Program-made: the position numbers and the translations under genes
Source: Nemertoderma westbladi
Lineage: Eukaryota > Animalia > Xenacoelomorpha
Length of the DNA stretch: 64,000 nucleotides
Direction: 5' to 3'
Assembly: GCA_032718475.1 (NCBI GenBank)
Contig: JAUCBJ010001095.1
Coordinates: forward strand, 7,266-71,265
In this document: positions 50,336 through 61,907 of the stretch, one piece after another
Layout of the letters: the number at the start of each line of letters is the position of its first letter
Numbering within the stretch: the stretch's first letter is position 1
The notes under the pieces: model-generated
Told to the model about the DNA's origin: nothing
The model's database searches: none
The model's input: the letters and a program-made list of their open reading frames with translations, nothing else

Positions 50336-51837
50336 CTAGTGACGGGCCTAGCGGCCCGATAAGGAACCGACTTTTTATTTTAAATAAAAGAGACAACGAG
50401 AATTAGTATAGAACTAATAATTATCTAAAAATACAATCATATTTCATACAATAATTATTAATAAATTCGATCCATTATTAGTTGCTCAATTCTAGAACAA
50501 AATCGACCTGCAACTAGTGAAGACCTCGTTTTGGAATTTCGAAACCACGCTGGTGCGATGCGCGATATCGTGTTTAGTTAATAAATTGAAAACTCCATCA
50601 ATTCATGTGCAACCAGTAATAAGAAATCGCGATAAATGTAATTAAATAAAAATTATTCTAGAAAAATTTTCCTCAAAAAGTATGAAATCTTGGCATTGGT
50701 GACGCGAAACTAGGCTAGTGAGATTCAGGATATTGCGTTTAATATAAAAATCAAAAACGCTATCGAATTCCGTAAAGGCGTTAATAAAATACTGCAACTT
50801 TTTTGAAATTTGTAAAATTCTAGAACTAGAAAAAATTAATTTTTGAACGGCGCTGTTTGGGGTTTCGAAACATGGATAGGCTGAAAGAGGACATCGAATT
50901 AAGTTGAAAAATGAAAACCCCATCGAATTTGGACAAAGCGTTCCGGAGTTATAGCGGATCGAAAAAAATTGACCCCCCCCAGTCGCCAAAAATTTACAGT
51001 AATTTAAAATTTTGCAAAATAATTTTTTGCGTTATTTTTGATGGCGAATCGATTGGCAGTACTGGCTACGAAAAAATTTTTTTGAAATTTTTGGTCAGAA
51101 AAAAAAACATGGAAAAAGTATATTCTTAAAAAGATTTGATGTCTTTGCCTATGGTCAGAGAATGATCCAACTCTGTACTTGGCAATCGCTCAAATCCATT
51201 CAGCTGAATGGCACAGTAGAGTAAACTAAAGTAAATTCCCTATACAATGTTCTGAAGGGGAGACTGACAGAGAGTAATCCAACAATAAAACATTTTGCAA
51301 TAATGTTGGCATTAATGTAGCCAACACACTGTGTACTAAAGTCATTCAGCTTACATTAGCAGAGGGAGATATTCGCATAGAATGCATTGGGAAGAGTAAT
51401 TCAGCTGAGGCGATTAACTAAACCAACCAGTTAATATGCTTTGACAGAGTGTCCTAGGGCCTAAACAAACAAACAGTATGGGTGTACTGAGTACAATAAT
51501 CTTGGCAACCTCATCGATTTATACTAAGCCTTGTGTAGAAATGCATTACATAAGCCATTTTTCATGAGGACACCAGCTGTTATTGGTGTTATTTTACCAT
51601 TGCGCCTATGGCGTTTTTTCGTTTATGTCTATTTTTCGAACCCACGGCTCATGGACGAAATAGCGGAACATACCAGGGACCTTAGAATCGCGGTATCTAG
51701 CCGCTGTGAAAATTTCATCAAAATCGTTAGAGTGGTTTTGGCTAGAGATTAGTCAGTCAGTCAGTCAGTCAATCAGTCAGTCAGTCAGCCAGCCAGTCTC
51801 GAGCAATTCTTACAGTAATGAACCTCTCGGTTCCTAA
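50336..51837 (-). mobile_element. HINE unit A9
   Basis: A-type ends. Confidence 0.85.
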
Positions 51838-53560
51838 CTAGTGACGGGCCTAGCGGCCCGATAAGGAACCGACTTTTTTTTCAAATAAAAGAGACAATGA
51901 GCTCGGCTCGGTCTGGCACGATTGGGCTCGATTCAGTTCGACTTGGCTTGATCGGCTCGGTTTGGCTCGATTGGGCTAGACTCGGCTTGATTGGGCTCGA
52001 CTTGACACATCTCGATTCGGCTCAATCGGCTTGATTGGGTTCGACTCGGCTCAGTCCGGCTCGATTGGGCTCGACTCGGCTCGATTGGGCTCGAATCGGT
52101 TCGATTTGGATTCATTGGGCTTGACTCGGCTTGATTTGGCTCAACTTGGCTCAGTCCGGCTCGATTGGGCTCGACTTAGGCTTGATTGGGCTCGACTCGG
52201 CTCTATTGGGCTCGACTCGATTCGATTGGGCTCGACTCGGCTTGATTGGGCTCGACTCGACTCAGTCCGGCTCAATTTGGCGTGACACGGCTCAATTGGG
52301 CTCGGCTTGGCTCGGTCTGAGTCGACGCAGCTCAATTCGGCTCAATTGGCTCGATTGGGTTCGACTCGGCTCGGTCTGGCTCGACTCGGCTCGATTGGGA
52401 TTGATTGGGCTCAACTTGGCTCAGTCTGGCTCGATTGGGCTCGGTCCGGCTCAATGAGGCACGACTAGGATTGATTGGGCTCGAATCGGCTCTATTGGGC
52501 TCGACTCGACTCGATTGGGCTTGCCTCGCCTCAGTCTGGCTCGACTAGGCTTGATTGGGCACAACTCGGCTCCGTTCGGCTTGACTCGGCTCGATTGGGC
52601 TAGACTCGGCTTGATCGCCTTGATTGGTTCTATTCGGCTCGATCAGTATGATTCGGCTCGATTGACACACGCTGCTGGAAGGGTCAAAGCCAAACTCACG
52701 TGCTGCTCGAAGGGACAAAGTCAAACATTGTGTCTAATATTTGATTAACTTACGTGCTGCTCGAAGGGCGCAACTACATATATCGAAACAAGCCCCTGTC
52801 TTGTATTTTAATAATAATATAATAATATACACTCCCCAACGGGGTAAATGAAATTCGGTAAAATCATAATATTATTTTATCAATAAAATAGATATAAAAT
52901 AAAAATAAATCAATTTGTATTTTAATTATATCAGAAATCGTTGCCATGCATAATGTACTTACTATATTTGGGTCCCATGACCCACCCCATTGAACAGCTT
53001 TGCTTACATCTGATAGAGAGTAATCCCAAATTAACTTCCCTCTACGAAAATTATTTTAATTAAATACATGCAACATAGCCGTCTACTCTACAGTCAACAG
53101 TAGTAGGCCTACACAATAACTAAAATGGCATTTCATTGGATTCAGTGAGTGTGTGAGGGCTATTGGGAGAGCAATCAGCTTATGATGTAATACATTAGAA
53201 TCCCACGGCTTTTATTTGCTTACTGTCTGAGTTGTAGAGTGAGGATAATACTTGGCACAGAAAGCATTTCCTTGTTAGGTGCCCATTCCTATATAATAGC
53301 ATTACTAGGCTATCTCTATCCATTTTTCATGAGTGCCAGCTGGTGTTTTTATCATTGCGCCTATGGCGTTTTTTCGTTTATGTCTATTTTTCGAGCCCAC
53401 GGCTCATGGACGAAATAGCGAAACATACCAGGGACCTTAGAGTCGCGGTAACTAGCCGCTGTGAAAATTTCATCAAAATCGTTAGAGTAGTTTTGGCTGT
53501 AGATCAGTCAGCCAGCCAGTCTCGAGCAATTCTTACAGTAATGAACCTCTCGGTTCCTAA
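51838..53560 (-). mobile_element. HINE unit A10 (pentamer satellite, distinct interior partly like unit C)
   Basis: A-type ends; satellite about 51901-52665. Confidence 0.85.
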
Positions 53561-54827
53561 CTAGTGACGGGCCTAGCGGCCCGATAAGGAACCGACTTTT
53601 TATTTTAAATAAAAGAGACAACGAGAATTAGTATAGAACTAATAATTATCTAAAAATACAATCATATTTCATACAATAATTATTAATAAATTCGATCCAT
53701 TATTAGTTGCTCAATTCTAGAACAAAATCGACCTGCAACTAGTGAAGACCTCGTTTTGGAATTTCGAAACCACGCTGGTGCGATGCGCGATATCGTGTTT
53801 AGTTAATAAATTGAAAACTCCATCAATTCATGTGCAATCAGTAATAAGAAATCGCGATAAATGTAATTAAATAAAAATTATTCTAGAAAAATTTTCCTCA
53901 AAAAGTATGAAATCTTGGCATTGGTGACGCGAAACTAGGCTAGTGAGATTCAGGATATTGCGTTTAATATAAAAATCGAAAACGCTATCGAATTCCGTAA
54001 AGGCGTTAATAAAATACTGCAACTTTTTTGAAATTTGTAAAATTCTAGAACTAGAAAAAAATAATTTTTGAACGGCGCTGTTTGGGGTTTCGAAACATGG
54101 ATAGGCTGAAAGAGGACATCGAATTAAGTTGAAAAATGAAAACCCCATCGAATTTGGACAAAGCGTTCCGGAGTTATAGCGGATCGAAAAAAATTGACCC
54201 CCCCCAGTCGCCAAAAATTTACAGTAACTTAAAATTTTGCAAAAAAAATTTTTTGCGTTATTTTTGATGGCGAATCTATTGGCAGTACTGGCTACGAAAA
54301 AATTTTTTTGAAATTTTTGGTCAGAAAAAAAAACATGGAAAAAGTATATTCTTAAAAAGATTTGATGTCTTTGCCTATGGTCAGAGAATGATCCAACTCT
54401 GTAACTTGGCAATCGCTCAAATCCATTCAGCTGAATGGCACAGTAGAGTAAACTAAAGTATATTCCCTATACAATGTTCTGAAGGGGGGACTGACAGAGA
54501 GTCCAACAATAAAACATTTTGCAATAATGTTGACATTAATGTAGCCAACTCACTGTGTACTTACAAGTCATTCAGCTTACATTAGCAGAGGGAGATATTC
54601 CCATAGAGTGCGCATTGGGAAGAGTAATTCAGCTGAGGCAATAATAGATTTCAAACTAAACCAACCAGTTAATATTTGCTTTGACAGAGTGTCCTAGGGC
54701 CTAAACAAACAGTATGGGTGTACTAAGTACAATAATCTTGGCAACCTCATCGATTTATACTAAGCCTTGTGTAGAAATCCATTACATAAGCCATTTTTCA
54801 TCACGACACCAGCTGTTATTGGTGTTA
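53561..54827 (-). mobile_element. HINE unit A11, interrupted by an inverted B-type end
   Basis: A-type left end; breaks at GGTGTTA|. Confidence 0.85.
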
Positions 54828-55830
54828 TTAGCAAGTCGTTAGACTTGATTACTGTAAGAATTGTTAGACTGACTGGCTGACTGACTGGCTGACTGGCTGG
54901 ACTGGCTGATCTACAGCCAAAACTGCTCTAACGATTTTGATGAAATTTTCACAGCATCTAGATACCGCGATTCTAAGGTCCCTGGCATGATCGGCTACTC
55001 CGTCCATAGCCTCTGGGCTCGAAAAATAGAGATAAACGAAAAAAACGCCATAGGCGCAATGGTAAAAAAATAACACCCATGACAGCTGGTGTCCTGATGA
55101 AAAATGGCTTATGTAATGCATTTCTACACAAGGCTTAGTATAAATCGATGAGGTTGCCAAGATTATTGTACTCAGTACACCCATACTGTTTGTTTAGGCC
55201 CTGCACTCTCTGTCAAAGCAAATATTAACTGGTTGATTTAGTTTGAAATCTATTATCGCCTGGGCTGAATTACTCTTCCCAATGCATTCTATGGGAATAT
55301 CTCACTCTGCTAATGTAAGCTGAATGACTGTTAGGCTGACTGGCATTCAAAATGTTTTATAGGTAATTGACATTTAGTGCAAGCTGATTGACTGTTAGTT
55401 ACAGTAAACTATTGCACTGTATTTTATTTTTAAATCTTTCGACCAACATTAATACTGTACGAGGCTATATGCTTATAAGGCAGAATGTTTACTCAGCCTC
55501 GTACTGATACCCTGTAAGGCTAACACAAGCTGAATGACTGTTAGGTACACAGTGTGTTGGCTACATTAATGCCAACATTAATACTGTGGAGACTGTATAT
55601 TTACTGTTGGCGCTTTAGGAAGGCAATATTCATACTGTAGATCAGTTATTAGTTTTACTACTGTATTACACTCTCACTAGCTGAATGACTGTTAGGTACA
55701 CAGTGTGTTGGCTACATTAATGCCAACATTAATACTGTGGAGACTGTATGTTTACTGTTGGCTTTAGGAAGGCAATATTCATACTGTAGATCAGTTATTA
55801 GTTTTACTACTGTATTACTCTCTCACTAAC
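54828..55830 (+). mobile_element. Inverted B-type unit B5: 5' end and core present, no 3' end in window
   Basis: A|TTAGCAAGTCGTTAGACTTGATTACTGTAAG, (GRCT)n, core; ~151-bp internal tandem duplication 55528-55830. Confidence 0.82.
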
Positions 55831-56569
55831 TGTGTGTTTGTAATATAAATTAGTGTAGCCAGCTGATAGCTCTTCTGTCGAAATCCAATGCAAATATTTA
55901 TTACATAGGTCTGTAGGTTAATGAGTGTATCTGAACTGAACTGATGAATGGCCCTAACTGAATTCATTAAGCCTCTACAGAAATTAGCCTCTACAGTACA
56001 CTATCAGACTATGACAATCACAAAATACAGCTAGTACAGTATTACAGTACATGATTACTGGATTATATTGATTCCACAGCCAGTTCAGCAGTTGTTAGAA
56101 CATAAGTAGGCCTACCATACCACATACTGACTGACATACCAGTCTGCAGTCGGCTAGCAGCTTGGTCGGTACCGGTACAGCACAGCCAGACAGCAGCACA
56201 GATATCGCGCAGTCAGGAGTATATACAGCCTACTGCCCTGGCAGCTCTGTACACAGTATGCTAATTACAGTATGCTAGTATGCAGTACAGCATACGGCTG
56301 TACGGCCAGTAGGCCTACTGCAGTTGCAGTACTGCAGTACGGCTGTAGGCCTACAGTGTACAGCGCATACAAGCCTACGTCAGTCAGTCAGTACGTGTAC
56401 GGTCCAGCGGTCGGTTCGCCAGATGCCAGAGCTGTAGACTGTAGACAGCAGATCCTGCCTTCCTCCATTAACTCAGACGGGACTGCCAGGCTGCCACTCC
56501 ACTGCTCCAGGCTGCCGGGCGCCAATCTGCCAATGCCAGTTACCAGTAGGCCTACTGACTGACTGACTG

Positions 56570-56980
56570 CAGTAAATACACACAACAAAACAAAAAAACA
56601 CAAACAGACAAAAATACACAAAAAAACACAATATGACCCAAAAAAAGTAGGCCTAGGTACCCCTACCCAAAAAGACAAAAAAAATGTTTTTAATAAACAA
56701 TGTATCTACAATAAGATTTAGGTTAATTGTAAGAAGAGTTTCACGTTTCAGTTTTGGTTTTCAATTCATTCTTAATTAATGGAAAGGAGCAGGTTACAGT
56801 AGCAGGCTTTTCTAACCAAAACAATAAACGATAACCAAAGAACACAGGTTACAGTCTTATTTTTCCAACCCTAGGATATAAATAATTTTTGTCTTTTTCG
56901 GTAGGCCTAAGTTTTTTGGGTAATATTGTGTTTTTTGTGTTTTTTTGTGTATTTTTGGGTAATTTTGTGTTTTTTTGGGT
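56570..56980. repeat. Imperfect ~100-bp inverted repeat upstream of the Helitron-like gene
   Basis: A/C-rich arm 56570-56683 and its T/G-rich complement about 56885-56980, both containing TAGGCCTA. Confidence 0.65.
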
Positions 56981-57135
56981 AATTCGTAGGACCGAGGCCC
57001 ACCGGTAATTATTATCATTGGTTTTATCAGTTTGTTTGTTTGTATTGTATTGCTTTCTTCAATTCTGCCATTAACGATTGTCCGAGATTTTCCATCATCC
57101 ATCACCACAATCAGACACTTATCTACTATCTCACT

Positions 57136-57583
57136 ATGCCTCCGAAAAAACGGACTAAGTTTAACTTTCATTCCGTTCGCAAGGAGCTTCCGGATCCACC
57201 TTCTTCATCGCTACCGCGGCGGGACGTCGATGTAGCGGGAGTCGAAGTTTCTCAACTGTCCGGTGGAGACAGTGGTAGGTTGAGGAGATGCAGCACTGGT
57301 GGAAACACCGCTACTGCATCTATAGGAGAAGCTTCTGCTCCCGCTACGAGTGGCGGGGCCGCGGTGGCGGGACCGGACGTCGTTATGTCGACCACCACAA
57401 CTGACGGCGTTGCGCTACCAGTGGCGGGAGCGGGTGGGCTTTTTCGTCTACCTACCTCCGACCGTGCAGCCACTGGAAGCGAGCGAATTTCTAATATCGC
57501 ACCGGTTCCAAGAAGAGGAAGAGCTTCCAGCTCCGCCAGTATCATTTGCAGTGCTACTCGGAGGGCTGGGAGCTTCCATCAAG
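57136..57583 (+). CDS. Helitron2/Helentron-like protein, exon 1
   Basis: ATG 57136 MPPKKRTK (NLS-like) ... GSFHQG, donor AAG|GTTAGT, phase 1. Confidence 0.75.
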
Positions 57584-58538
57584 GTTAGTTTAATTTATAG
57601 ACCTGTCAAGTTGTCAAGGTAGCGTTAGTGTATTGTGTACAGCATAGAGTGTGGAGTTTACTCAGTAGCAGAGTACCGGTACCGGCAGACCGGTATGTGC
57701 AGTAGGCCTAGGCACTAGGTCTACACCTACAGGTCTAGTTAGTGTTGAGATCTGAATCAATTTTGGCTAATTTAGTTACAGTTTCAGTATTCAAGGTTTT
57801 TATGTTACAGTTTCAGTACCGTCCGTATTACAAAATTTAGCAATGCAGTTTCTGTTACAGTCTGACAGTTTTGATCCTGCTAAAATTTTAGTTGCCGGTA
57901 CAGTTTTAGTTATAGCAGTATCAGTATAGACCGATAGATACAATACATTATCCCACATACTGACAGACTGAACTGACGTAGTAAGCAGTCTTTGAATGAT
58001 TGAAATAATGTCAGTCTCATCAAGACGGGGTGCAGTGCAGTCACTTGCCCAATGAGTCACTTTCCCAACAATATCACTCGTCAAAATAAAAAAGTTCGGC
58101 CTATCTAAAACTAAAAATGAGTCATTTCAATGTACCGGTACCGGTATTACCGGTACTGTAATGTAAACAAACATAATAATGTCCATTACGAAACTGCCTC
58201 TTTATAGAGCGCTATAGGTAGTTGTAAGAAAGATGGACCCTATGGTAATATTTTGTAACTAATAGGCCTATACTGATAGTACAGTAGTAGGCCTATGTCT
58301 GTATGTATGTATACTATGTAATGAAAGTTGCGCTCACAAGCTGACAAGATTACACTACAGGCACGAGGCACCCACATTTTACTGTACATCTTGTTTCAGT
58401 CTGTCAGTGCTTGTGCTATTATCTTTTATTGTTTTGGTTATAAAGGGCTGCTCGTTTCCTTCATTATTATTGCTACATTATGTAATAATATACGGTAACG
58501 GTATGTTTTAATTTATATTATAATTTTGTTGCTTACAG

Positions 58539-58695
58539 GTGACTTACGGTTTCCGGTATTGTCGCGAGGGGTTCAATGCACCGCTGTTGCTGCTTACGCC
58601 GCTGGAATGGCTGCCATATCAAACCCAGTTCTATGGAATAGTGAGACAGTCGATTATATTGTCACTGGGGGAGATCAACTATTCCAACAACTGTC
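58539..58695 (+). CDS. Helitron-like protein, exon 2 (tegument-like deubiquitinase, catalytic Cys)
   Basis: TTACAG| acceptor, DLRFPVLSRGVQCTAVA...WNSETVDYIVTGGDQLFQQL, donor TC|GTAAG. Phases fit both neighbours; this frame is not in the ORF track. Confidence 0.8.
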
Positions 58696-59831
58696 GTAAG
58701 TTTTTTACTACGGGTACATTTTTATACCGGTACCTATTTATAATTAAATAATAATGTAACCCTAGACCTAAAAAACTCGGCCGTAGGGCAGGGATAATTT
58801 GGCATAATTTTGCGGAATTTCGGATATCAATGCCATTGGCCCTTAAATATTCATAATTGTCCCTCGAATTTCAATCTCTATTCGTTGTAAACTGTGTTAT
58901 TTTATGACAAAACTTTTATATAATTTCGCTTATATAATAAATTTATTTAATTTTCACTTTTTTACACTTAGCATAATAAAATAGGCTATAATATTAAATT
59001 ATCTCTGTAACAATTATTGGTTTACCGTACAGGTAGAGTCCGGAATACAGTACATAACTTAGTCAGTTTGCTGACGTCTTGTAGATATTAGTTAGAGGGG
59101 CGGGGCATACCGCATACCCCCATATAAGTTGTAGTTGAAGGTACAGATGTAGACTTGACTTATTTTTGGCACCATATTATTTAGCCTTAAATTACCCCCT
59201 GCATTTTCGGATGAGTGTAAATTATAATATTATTATAATTAACTATAATAATATAATTAATAATTATTAATAAATAATGTTACCTTTGGATTTAGTCAAC
59301 CCCTGCTATTATAACTTTATACCACTGTTGTTATGCATTATACGCCATATCCTAAGGCACCGGTAATTATCTAGGTAATAAAATCTAAACATTCAATTAC
59401 ATTTAGATAAAACGTTTATCATTTGACTACCCCGACAGGTAAATATTTCAATTGTTGGCTTCAGCTATCCCCCCACACACATTACATAACGACGACAGTA
59501 ACCAAATACCCCCCCCCCCCCCCATACCCATCTTTATTAATGATAAATCTAGAATATTTTTATTCGACATGCACCCTGCCTGGCGTTATGTAATTCATGG
59601 ACATCGCCTTGACGTTTCGTTTCTTCATTTCGTTTACACCTATTGACATGTTATATAGGCTAGATATTTTTCCTTGGTCCTTAAGCCAACCGTTAATGAT
59701 AGTAGTATAAAGTACATATGCCGTACAGCATACGAGACGAGCACATATCCATATCTTTCATGGCTTCACCAAATCGTGTATGTGAAATTGTGTCAGCTGT
59801 AAACTTATTATTATTGTGACTTAACTTTTAG

Positions 59832-61760
59832 ACAATCTCCACTGGCTTTGCAACACCGCGATATTCCAGCGACGTTTACTGCCAAGGATCTCAAGGCTGA
59901 GTTCACAGTTTTGGATCTCATTGCTGGGGCGCCCAATCCTATCCCAGGATATGGTAACTTACTGCAGGGAGTTACCCAAGCCTTCCTGCGTTCCGATCTC
60001 GCCATTCTAACGTCATTCGATATAACGGTGATGATCGGTAAAGACTCTGACTCTTCGTTCTTCCTGTTCGACTCCCACGCGCGGGATGCCCAAGGTTTAC
60101 CTTCGCCCGAGGGCGTCGCTGCGCTAACCATTTACTCAACTATTGACGAACTTGTTGCCGGTTTCTATAGGGGAGTGCCTGGGAGTCTGCAAGATAACGC
60201 ACAGTACGAAGTATCGTGTGTCAGAGTCCGCGCCCAGTTTACGGCGGAATCGCGACGGCGTGCTGCTCATCGTGCGAGTGTAGCGGAATACCGGATTAAT
60301 AATCCGGAGGTCCATCGCGAGAACGTTGCGCGCAACCGTATTAATAACCCGGAGACTCATCGCGTAAGAACGTGTGACGCGCAAACCGTGATTAATAATC
60401 CCGGAGGTCCATCGCGAGAACGTTGCGCGCAACCAACGTGTTAACCCCGAACCCCATCGGAGCGCCGCCTTGCTCCACCAACGCGTCAACCCCGAACCCC
60501 ATCGCTGAGCAAGACCGCCTTGCGCGCAACCAACGTGTTAACCCCGAACCCCATCGGAGCGCCGCCTTGCTCCACCAACGCGTCAACCCCGAACCCCATC
60601 GTGCAAGAGTGGAGGAATACCGGATTAATAATCCGGAGGTCCATCGCGAGAACGTTGCGCGCAACCAACGTGTTAACCCCGAACCCCATCGGAGCGCCGC
60701 CTTGCTCCACCAACGCGTCAACCCCGAACCCCATCGGAGGGCCGTTGCAGCGGATCGGATGAGGCGCGTTGCTGAAGGTAACGTCACCGATCCTCCACCA
60801 GTTACAGTGACTGTTCCAACTCTCGAGGACAGAACACGAGTTTGGGACAAAATGACTCGGAGTTTGGGGGACGACGGAATGGGTCAGCGGACCTGTTGCG
60901 TTTGCGACGAGTCCGTATTCCTGGAATCGATCCATGAAATGGTACGTACCGGTAACGACAATAGCGAGTACGACCGGATGATTGGTTTATTCCAGAAGAA
61001 ACTCACTCCCGGGAGCTCAACCAATTATCCCGCTGCGTTGATTAACCTATATTCGGTCGACTACTTGGATTCCCGTCTAAAGGACATATTGTTGTCTCCC
61101 AGGGGTTTTAAGGTTGATCAGGATGGTTCAGTGCGATTGCGTATTTGTTCGACCTGTTTGAACTCGATCAAAAACGCAGTTATTAAGAAACCACCAAAAC
61201 TCTCTATCGCAAATGGTTTCTTGTTGGGGAAAGTTCCTGCGGCACTTGCTGACGCAACCGACGCCGAGTGGAATTTGGTTGTTCGCGCGACGCCGACCTG
61301 TAAGACTGTTGTTGTACGAGGCGGCGCGAATAAGATGATGCAGTCGCATGTGTTAGTTTGGGGACAACCTGACACTCCGGCTGCAATTCAACTACCTCGA
61401 GTTCTGCAGGACTCCGTTTCGGCGTTTCGAGTGATTCTAGCCGGAGCGTTAACTTCAGTCCAACGTTTACTGGCTATGAAACGCTGCACCATCCGACGCG
61501 ATAAAGTAAACGCGCTCCTTACGTTTCTACTCGCCAATAACCGTCTCTACGGCGATGTGGAGCGCATTCAGGGGCGGTTAGACGAACTGCCCGCCGATGA
61601 CATCCCCAGTTCGATGATCAGCTCTGTCGTCGATGAAACAACGGAAATGGAACTGGGGGAACCTACGTCGTCTCACACTCGCCCCGCTGATATTGTGAAC
61701 GTCGCTGACCTAGAGGAGGGTGTCGAACGTACAGACGCCTCTATATTCTCTTCTAACCAG
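59832..61760 (+). CDS. Helitron-like protein, exon 3 (FDSH motif, repeats, DUF6570-like Cys-rich region); frameshift within 60360-60520
   Basis: TTTTAG| acceptor, FLFDSHARD, NPEVHRENVA repeats, CCVC...CSTC...PPKLSIANG, IRRDKV..LL.FL..NN..Y, donor CAG|GTTGGT. Confidence 0.8.
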
Positions 61761-61907
61761 GTTGGTGTTTTGTTGGTACTTTTAATAATCGATGGGCTGA
61801 ATTATTGTATTTGGTTTATTGTTTTACTATAAATTATTAATATGGATGTAAATGGGAATATTTCACTTATATCAGAGTCTATCATGGTTAAAATGTTAGT
61901 AATTTTC

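Larger units (their letters stand above)
29827..54827 (-). repeat. 25-kb head-to-tail array of non-autonomous Helentron-type (HINE/DINE-1-like) elements
   Basis: Each unit on the minus strand: 5'-TTAG, subTIR within a small hairpin, (GRCT)n microsatellite in the A and B types, conserved core (ATTTTGATGAAATTTT), variable interior, 3' subTIR, GC stem-loop, CTAG-3'. No TSDs. Order C,A,B,A(B nested),B,A,A,A,A,A,A,B,A,A,A(truncated). Confidence 0.88.

Noticed and set aside
37511-52748. LDWARLG / SSRAQ repeat ORFs
   Set aside because: Translations of the pentamer satellite in several frames on both strands.
29827-54827. CRISPR array or true integron
   Set aside because: Eukaryotic context, kb-sized homologous units, no cas or tyrosine-recombinase gene; the ends match Helentron-type elements.
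30929-55184. Recurrent ORFs in the array (MPSYRVGS..., MGFSFF..., MGVLSTII..., MCRN...)
   Set aside because: They recur only because the DNA repeats; homopolymer indels shift frames freely between copies, many start at TTG, and no domain is recognisable.
58539-58751. ORF-track protein MTYGFRYC...
   Set aside because: Wrong frame; the spliced exon-2 frame carries the conserved QC motif.
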